A stretch of 64,000 bases of DNA from Eledone cirrhosa. Taxonomy: Eukaryota. Below are positions 54,921 through 64,000 of the stretch, one piece after another; position 1 is the stretch's first letter; each line of letters begins with the position of its first letter. The position numbers and the translations under genes are program-made. The DNA is taken from positions 23,808,001 through 23,872,000 of the forward strand of contig OZ024745.1 of NCBI GenBank assembly GCA_964016885.1, in the 5' to 3' direction. The notes under the pieces were generated by a model. It was not told where the DNA came from, searched no databases, and was given only the letters and a program-made list of their open reading frames with translations.

Positions 54921-55134
54921 TTCGTACTTCCAGACAACACGAGTCAAACACAGTGATAAAAAAATATAAAATCCTACTTTAGAATAAAGGGGAAGCACAG
55001 AGAAAAAGGAAGCAACGAATTTATTGGACGTATTGATAAAGTAATATGTGTATACACAGTATTTAGCACTCGACGTAGTCTACATTCAAGACTGCGATAT
55101 AATCACACAGGTTTATGTACGACGAGGTGTTTGT

Positions 55135-55470
55135 ATAATAATAAAGAACAATACAGTATGCTGGAAACTTACCGCATTTTATTAATTATGTAATTGCTGC
55201 CATTCGCATAACAATGGAAATTGATGAAATCGTTCATGAAATAGATACGCAGTCATGTAATAGGTACGACTTCATCAGACAGCTATTATGTAATTTGTAT
55301 ACTCCTATATATCTTGGGCGAGTATTTTGCTGTTGTTCCTTCCGCGCCAGGCTGATATATGCACCCACTTCTATTATATAATTGATATCAACGAAATGCG
55401 TATAACAGCAATGACGCATTTAATAAAATAATATAAGTTTCCAGCCTATTGCCTCATCTTTCATTATATA
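55135..55470. repeat. Diverged inverted-repeat element
   Basis: gctggaaactta...ttttattaa / ttaataaaa...taagtttccagc patchy inverted matches. Confidence 0.4.
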
Positions 55471-55847
55471 TATATGTGTGTATGTGTGTGTGTTATCTAT
55501 TTATCTATATCTATATATCTGTCTATATATAAATGAATGTATGTGTATTAGTGTGTGCAGAGAATACGTTTGTTTGTATGAGTTTATATGTGTGTACGTT
55601 AGTGTGCTTGTGCGGGGTGTAAGTACGTAGATACGTGGGATGCATACATACGTGAGTTAAATATACAAATATAGAATTATACATCGTGATATTATCCGAT
55701 ATTCTCGATAAGACACATAAACATTGAAAGAGAAAGGGAAGTGTGGTGATATATATATATATATATATATAGGAAGAGAGAACGGGTGAGAAGAGGAAGG
55801 TGTTTAGATGTATAGAGATTTATATAAATATATATATATAAATATAA

Positions 55848-55943
<96 letters not shown>

Positions 55944-56355
55944 TTATATTTATATATATATATATATATTTATATTGATATATATATATATATATATATA
56001 TTTAGAGAGAGATAGATAGATAGCTGGAGAGAGAGAGAGAGAGAGGGGGGGGGGATAAAGAGAGAGAAAGCGAGTGACGTGCCTGGAAAAAAAACCCATT
56101 TGTGAAGACATTTATGTTGAAATATCATGTGAAAATAAAAAATAAAATTAATATTGTCTGCACTGAAAAATGAATTTTAAAATGTTTTATATGTCAGTAA
56201 TCTGAACATCCAGTGATTCAAACAAATACATAAATATATATAAAAATAATTAAATATATATATCTCACTTCGAACTTATATATATATATATATTTGTATA
56301 TACATTTATATATATATATATATGTATGTATATATATATATATATATATATAAAC

Positions 56356-56437
<82 letters not shown>

Positions 56438-56617
56438 AAGTAATTGTGGCAAGGAACCAGATGGACCATAACGCACGAGAGTACTCAATACTTAGGGTAG
56501 TAGAGTGGGAAATAGGAAAAAATATGACCCCGAAGGCAGAGCTCAAGCCATTTCGACGGCTATTTCTGGACTTAGCGTCGAAACGGCTTGAGCTCTGCCG
56601 TCGGGGTCATACTTTAT

Positions 56618-56664
<47 letters not shown>

Positions 56665-57118
56665 AAAGAAACAACACAGTACAATGAAGAATTATGGTTT
56701 ATCGCTTGATACGGTCTTTACGTTCTGGACGACACTAGTCTTTCATAAAAAGATAGAAGGCAAAATGGCAGTTTCAATAGAGATAGAGAGAGTGAGAAGA
56801 CTAAGGAATGGAAAAAACATATTTTGAGAAAAAACACGTGTGTATTCAGTCAGCCATTTTGGAGTATTTGCCTTTCATCTTTACGGGGTCGATAAAATAA
56901 AGTACCAGTAATGCAGTGGGATAATTGCTGGCCTGGTGCCAAAAGTAGAAACAATTATATATATATAAATATATGTATATATACATAACTACATAAACGG
57001 AGAAAGCTATTAGCGATACTCCGACCAATTTCCAACTCACTCAACAAACATTAGGAAATACCGGAGTATATTCCCAATTAAACGTTTGGAGTGTTAACTA
57101 TATTGCATATATATATAT

Positions 57119-57302
<184 letters not shown>

Positions 57303-57308
57303 ATATAT

Positions 57309-57439
57309 TTCGTTTCTCAATTTGTTTAGCAAGATTCTTTATCTGAAAACGTGTGTTGAAACCGATATTGTTATAATAAATTGAAGTGAAAGCAACTGGT
57401 GCGTGTGTTTCTTATTGGCAACATCACCCTCCAAAAGTA

Positions 57440-57443
<4 letters not shown>
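57309..57443. mobile_element. Rearranged PLE-2 terminus (tail plus inverted adjacent segment)
   Basis: 57309-57370 matches 52888-52950; 57372-57440 matches the reverse complement of 52952-53020. Confidence 0.8.
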
Positions 57444-57512
<69 letters not shown>

Positions 57513-57637
57513 ATCGGATTTATGAGGTTTTACAAAGCGAAACTGATCAGTAAGGGCCACTAGAAGAGGTAAATATTTATATTATATTTTTTAATGTATT
57601 TTGAAAAATTGATTGAATTTTACTTGTTCTGCTTATC

Positions 57638-57779
<142 letters not shown>

Positions 57780-57871
57780 CTTTTTCATAATTACACATGA
57801 AGGCGAACTAGCCAGTTTTAGAATTCCCCTTTTCGGATTATATTACTGTGAGAGCCCTGGTTTTCTGTTGA

Positions 57872-57955
57872 GCTCTGCTGATGAATGAAATCCAACCGTG
57901 ACCATCTCCACTGAAAGTTGTTTTCATGAAATAGTCTTTTAAGACTATACAGAGC
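57872..57955 (+). ncRNA. Canonical type I hammerhead ribozyme, copy 1
   Basis: gctctg-CTGATGA-atgaaa..caac...gttg.tttcat-GAAA-tagtct ttta agacta-TA-cagagc; predicted cleavage after 57949. Confidence 0.9.
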
Positions 57956-58505
57956 ATTTGATGTTATTCCAAATTGAAGGATAAGTGTTTCAAACTTTAT
58001 TTTATCATGAGTTAAAGGTCTATAGATTTTCCCCGGATTTCACTAAATTCTGTGGATGAATTTATATCCTGATTCTCTTTTGAGATGAGTTTGAGTTATT
58101 TTTCCTAAATCTTTCGTTAACTACTTTTCCCATCTTGACGTTATAGTCGCATATATGTTATAGAATGCCGTTAGCTTCTTGCTAAAACAATCTCTATACC
58201 TCTCATTTATATTTATACTCGGATTCTTTTCCTAGAGTGCTTAAACTATGTGACTAATCCCGGTTTTTTTCATAAAAACTGTGATAATTATTGCTATTTT
58301 GCTGAACTCCTTTTGTAGAGTTTTTTTTTTCAGAATGTATTTGACTGCTATTTCTTGTAAATAAACATTCACTTCCATCCTGACGTCACTAGCCCCGTTT
58401 TTTTCCTCATGTGCTTTTTCATAATTACACATGAAGGCGAACTAGCCAGTTTTAGAATTCCCTTTTTCGGATTATATTACTGTGAGAACCCTGGTTTTCT
58501 GTTGA

Positions 58506-58586
58506 GCTCTGCTGATGAATGAAATCCAACCGTGACCATCTCCACTGAAAGTTTTCATGAAATAGTCTTTTAAGACTATACAGAGC
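58506..58586 (+). ncRNA. Canonical type I hammerhead ribozyme, copy 2
   Basis: Same fold with a 3-nt deletion in distal stem II; predicted cleavage after 58580. Confidence 0.9.
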
Positions 58587-58835
58587 ATTTGATGTTATTC
58601 CAAATTGAAGGATAAGTGTTTCAAACTTTATTTTATCATGAGTTAAAGGTCTATAGATTTTCCCCGGATTTCACTAAATTCTGTGGATGAATTTATATCC
58701 TGATTCTCTTTTGAGATGAGTTTGAGTTATTTTTCCTAAATCTTTCGTTAACTACTTTTCCCATCTTGACGTTATAGTCGCATATATGTTATAGAATGCC
58801 GTTAGCTTCTTGCTAAAACAATCTCTATACCTCTC

Positions 58836-59030
<195 letters not shown>

Positions 59031-59127
59031 GATATGTTGGTTCACCACTGGATAGAACTGGTCATTCCGTATGGTCAAACTCGCCCGTCTTCGTTTGTGT
59101 AGTTGGTGGTGCGAGTACGGAGTTACT

Positions 59128-59180
<53 letters not shown>

Positions 59181-59260
59181 TTATATGTATATATATGCGC
59201 GCGTGTGTGTGTGTATGTATATATATATATCTATATCTATATCTCTATATATATATTATA

Positions 59261-59637
59261 AAATAACAGGAGGCTGGACTGGTGTAAATCCTTGAAAGGT
59301 TTATTATACTATGATCATTTCAATGACTGGGTTCAGTATGAATCCGGTGACATCATCAGGTATTCGAAATATAACAAAGGAATATACTAGACAAAATCCA
59401 TGGGTCTGAAAATCAGAGACATGAGGGCGACGGGCGGCCGACGGGGTAGAAGGTGCTAAATGTTCGGTCGCCCTCATGTCCCTGATGTTCAGCCCCATGT
59501 ATTTTGTCTAGTATATTCCTTTGTTATATTTCGAATACCTGATGATGTCACCGGATTCATACTGAACCCGGTCATTGAAATGATCATAGTATAATAAACC
59601 TTTCAAGGAATTACACCAGTCCAGCCTCCTCTTATTT
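59261..59637. repeat. Fold-back inverted repeat (~170-bp arms) with an HHR on each strand
   Basis: HHR at 59535-59592 (+): atac-CTGATGA-..accgg..ttca tac tgaa..ccggt..-GAAA-tgatca-TA-gtat. Mirror copy at 59306-59363 (-). Confidence 0.85.
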
Positions 59638-59640
59638 AAT

Positions 59641-59736
<96 letters not shown>

Positions 59737-60019
59737 TCAATGTTGGGGGCGTATAGGTTAAAGACAATTGAAAAGAATCAACGGGGAGACCGACAGTCCC
59801 ATCTCCTGAGTCAAGTCCTGGATATCAGTACGGTTTCAGTACATTAAAGTTGGTACCGTCCATTCCAGTGTACACACACACACACACACACATATATGTG
59901 TGTGTGTGTGTGTGTGACAGCTCACACCTATGCAGGTTTAGCTGGCCTCCTCCAAGGTATATCTCGTTGGAGGTGTCTTGGGTAATATAATGATAGAGAC
60001 CCCAACCCTATCATCTCAT

Positions 60020-60160
60020 TTCTACAGCTGAGTAAACTGGAGCAACGTGAAATAAAGTGTCTTGCTCAAGGAAACAACACATCACCCGGTCCGAGGATTG
60101 AACTCACAACCTTTCGATTGCAAGCCCAATGCTCTAACCACTAAGCCATGCGCCTTCACA
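60020..60160 (-). mobile_element. tRNA-derived SINE (S2)
   Basis: Minus strand reads tggttagagc..gagttcaatcct (A/B boxes), then ccttgagcaagacactttatttcac. Confidence 0.7.
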
Positions 60161-60685
60161 TGCTGTGTGTGTGTGTGTGTGTGTGCGTGTGCGTGCGTGC
60201 GTGTGTGTGCGTGTGTGTGCGTGTGTGTATGTGTATTCATTTATTCTTTTACACTTCTTCCAGTTATTAGACAGCTGCCACGCTGGGGCACCACATTGAT
60301 TTAACTGATCATATCAACCCAAATCCATATTTTTAAAGACTGGTACTTATTTTATCGACCTCGCTTTTCTTCAGCTTCTAGGATACAGTGCTTAATCACA
60401 AACACCGACACAAATTTATAGACACATACACACAGACACGCACATCTATATTTATATGTTTAACGCGGGCTTCTGCAGTTTCCCTTCGGCAAATTCCATT
60501 CCCACAATATTGGGCTCCATTAGGTTACACTTGCTCAGGATTGAACCCCTAACACCGTGCGTCTAAATATTAAGTAATTATAAGAAATTCATTTTACGTA
60601 TACATGCATTGACACCTTTCTTTTGAAAAATACACATTGGTCGAAGAATATATACACACCTATAATATAATATAATATAATATAA

Positions 60686-60868
60686 TTGTTTCTACGTTTG
60701 GCACAAGGCCAGCAATTACCCAGTGCATTACTGGTACATTATTTTATCGACCCTGTAAGGATGAAAGGCAAAGTTAACCTCGGCGGGATTTGAACTCACA
60801 ATGGCAAGGACCGTAACTCTATACGTCAAAGCATGGCGTCCGACCCTCTATCAATACTGCCAATCCAC
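60686..60868 (-). mobile_element. SINE S1
   Basis: Family core plus reverse-complement B-box. Confidence 0.75.
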
Positions 60869-61139
60869 ATAATATAATATAATATGTCATATGTATTTTA
60901 TAATATATAAATGAAATATATCTTTATAAGAAAACACGTGAGACGCATTTTGTGCTAACTTTGTCAGAGACATGGTAATTTGATATCTTCCTCTCTATCT
61001 CTCTATAACATAGTGTTGACAAGAGACTCAGTGATAAAGCAGGAACGCTCATGCCTCCCTATATGTCTACCTTTATTCAGACAATAAAAGCAACACCTAT
61101 CTATCTATCGATCCGGAGAAAAAGCAGATACATACAGGG

Positions 61140-61211
<72 letters not shown>

Positions 61212-61289
61212 GGTGTGGGATGCCTAAAGCGTCCGTAAGCGGTAGGCCGTTCGAGCACTCGATGCTTTTACAGAGCAGAGTATGATATC

Positions 61290-61640
61290 ACATAAGAAAC
61301 GGAGTATCAGTGTTGCGGCGAATAAAATATATTAGACATATTACAATCATTTCTCTGGCGACCAGCTCGAGGCACGATCGATGTAATGATCGAACCTGAC
61401 TCTGAAATCGAAAGGTCCTCAGACTCAGATACGTCTCGATTCTACGAAGCAGAGTTTCCATTTTGGCAGAGTTTCCAAAATGGAAACTCTGCTTCGTAGA
61501 ATCGAGACGTACCTGAGGACCTTGCGATTTCAGAGTTCGATCATTTCATCGGTCGTGCCTCGAGCTAGTCGCCAGAGAAATGATTGTAATATGTCTAATA
61601 TATTTTATTCGTCGCAACACTGATACTCCGTTTCTTATGT
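61290..61640. repeat. Fold-back inverted repeat (~170-bp arms) containing an HHR with long stem II (61505-61596, +)
   Basis: agacgtac-CTGAGGA-ccttgcga...tcgccaga-GAAA-tgattg-TA-atatgtct. Confidence 0.75.
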
Positions 61641-61644
61641 TATA

Positions 61645-61733
<89 letters not shown>

Positions 61734-61734
61734 C

Positions 61735-62704
61735 GGCGATGAATTAGTTTTGCGAGGTTTTTGATATGAAATCGTGTGTCGAAACAAATATTGTTATACT
61801 TGGAGAGGGTCATGATACTCAAAAACTCAGCAATGTCCAGTAGTGCTAAGTTTAATATTCTGATCGCAGACTTGGTACGAGTGATGAAGAACGTGTCCCG
61901 CGTGTGCGACCCAACAGAAATGGAAAGAGACATCCAACACTTCATCAACCGCATGCAGTTCTCTGGCTACAACAAAAGAAACAGAATCAGAGTATACGAA
62001 GGAGCCAGGAGAAGTATAAGACCCTCATAAAACTGGACATGAAAGGAATTTGCCCATTATACAGGAGCAAATCATGGAATCGCTTAGATAGGAGTAGACA
62101 TAAGATAGGGAAAGCCACCTCATGGTATGACAACCAGAGATACCAGAGTGTCATGTTTGTGGACGCTACCCCTGGAGGGAAATTAGCTAACCGGTGTAGA
62201 AAGGCCCTGAGAAAGACCCACTTAAAGATTAAGGTGGTAGAAAAGCCAGGAACCACCATAAAATCCCTGATCAGCAAAACCTACCCTTTTAAAAAACCCA
62301 CTGTACTAATAGGAAATGCATCATATGTAGAGTAAACCCCCGGATAAACTGTAAAACTAGAAACGTAGTCTATAGCATAGGATGTACAGAGGGTACTTGC
62401 AGAAACATGACAACAACATACATAGGCGAGACAGCTCGTAGCATAGGTGAAAGGATAGACCAACACTGGTGGGGAACTAAAAGGACGAAAAAACGGTTCA
62501 GTACTATACGAACATGCCAGACAACAACACAACGGTAACATAGACAACATAGAAGTTAGAATAATATCTAAACATAGAAATGACCCAGCAGATAGGCAAA
62601 TCAGAGAGGCCAGCGAAATAGAATACAGAAGGCCAAGGCTAAACAGAAAAAATGAATGGAATAACAACAACACCCAAACAAACAACACTGACCTAAAAGA
62701 AGTA

Positions 62705-62743
<39 letters not shown>

Positions 62744-63220
62744 ATACATACACTAGCACAATAACAACAAACACATATAAACACACACTAGTAAACTAAG
62801 ATAGAATACATTAACCAACACAGTCACCCAAACACGAACACGCATCAAACAAAACACTATACACACACGCAAACGCATTTGCAGAGAAGACAAAAAACAA
62901 ACAAACAAATAAATAAATAAATAAACAGAGTAAATAAAGATGGCGTAGGCATACAATGCAACGGGAGGAAACATAATAGCACCACTGACGATGTTGCAGA
63001 TGTGCAACGAAAGAACTTTGATAGACTATATATATGTGTTTGTGTCTATATTGTATCTGTATTTTTGACCGTTGGTCAGTCAATGACAACATTGAGGACC
63101 GAATAAATTAAATTAACCGATATAAAAGACACAGAAGTGAAAAGAAAAAACCAACCAAACAGTGAGTGTGTTCTGTTATTAATTCTGGCAATATTATTAC
63201 ACAAATATGACCCTCCCCAA

Positions 63221-63224
<4 letters not shown>
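61735..63224 (+). mobile_element. Penelope-like element (PLE-2 relative): frameshifted, 5'-truncated, inverted terminus at the 5' end
   Basis: ILIADLVRVMKN..RMQFSGY, YQSVMFVDATPGG, and CKTRNVVY..YIGETARS (62349-62450); 3' UTR HHR at 62981-63022. Confidence 0.9.
62981..63022 (+). ncRNA. Minimal HHR in the PLE 3' UTR
   Basis: acca-CTGACGA-t gttgca gatg tgcaac-GAAA-gaac-TT-tgat; same position as the 53100-53142 motif, with a covarying stem II. Confidence 0.7.
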
Positions 63225-63285
<61 letters not shown>

Positions 63286-63483
63286 ACAAAGTCACCGTAA
63301 TTTAGGGGATATATGTTTAATAATAACTAAAAAAAATATGAGGGAAATTACTATAATTGATTTTAAATGAAATAGGACAATGGCGGACGTCACAAGTGGG
63401 TGGAATTGAAGAGATGTCGGGGATTGAAGCCTTTTTACATACAATTATATGCATTTTACTATAAACCACGCCGTGTACTATGG

Positions 63484-63591
<108 letters not shown>

Positions 63592-63665
63592 ATTGAAATT
63601 TCCGTTGGAAACAGAAAGGGTCATAGAAGTGAAGAGTGCTCTATGTAAGTATCAGAGCTAAATTT

Positions 63666-63847
63666 AATGTATAAAAATCAATACAGTATAATTACCTCAT
63701 TACCAGAGGTTTCCAGAATGAGGCGAATACGAAAGAAACGTCTTCATTCGTTCGTCAGACGAGGCAATATTTCAAAATTTCTTTCGCATTCGCCTCATTC
63801 GGGAAACCTCTGGTAATGAGGTAATTATATTGTATTGATTTTTATAC

Positions 63848-63850
<3 letters not shown>
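63666..63850. repeat. Fold-back inverted repeat with a complete HHR on the minus strand (63695-63764)
   Basis: cctcgt-CTGACGA-ac gaatga...tcattc tg-GAAA-cctctgg-TA-atgagg; the plus arm carries only the 3' half. Confidence 0.8.
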
Positions 63851-63904
<54 letters not shown>

Positions 63905-64000
63905 GAAAAACTGTCCTGTGTAGCTAAAATCATGTGAAATGGATGAAAAAAGGTGGCTGAAGACAACAGAAAAACGGACGAAACACCAGACTGTCCTACT

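Noticed and set aside
60080-60150. tRNA gene
   Set aside because: The A/B boxes run into a SINE body and there is no complete cloverleaf.

Overview
Repeat-saturated, AT-rich eukaryotic DNA. The microsatellite load and SINE sequences suggest an octopus or other coleoid cephalopod (inference). No host protein-coding exon could be supported; nearly all ORF-track entries are translations of (TA)n, (CA)n, (TC)n, (TATG)n or (GGT)n tracts. Real coding remnants are all transposon-derived: three Penelope-like elements (PLEs), a Helitron helicase fragment, and RLE-type, RTE-like, CRE-like and CR1-like LINE fragments. There are also SINEs, mariner and hAT MITEs, non-autonomous Helitrons and two 27-bp minisatellites. 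The main hidden signal is about 15 good and several decayed type I hammerhead ribozyme (HHR) motifs, found by eye, from at least 8 sequence families. They show compensatory stem changes and mostly lie in short elements embedded in (TA)n tracts, often as long fold-back inverted repeats. Highlights: a 1.7-mer tandem repeat at 57.8-58.8 kb with two canonical HHRs 631 nt apart (retrozyme/circRNA-like), an HHR with a U3-A8 covariant core, HHRs at the 3' ends of the PLEs, and a recurrent asymmetric long-end/short-end insertion architecture. All folds are manual predictions and none has been tested.
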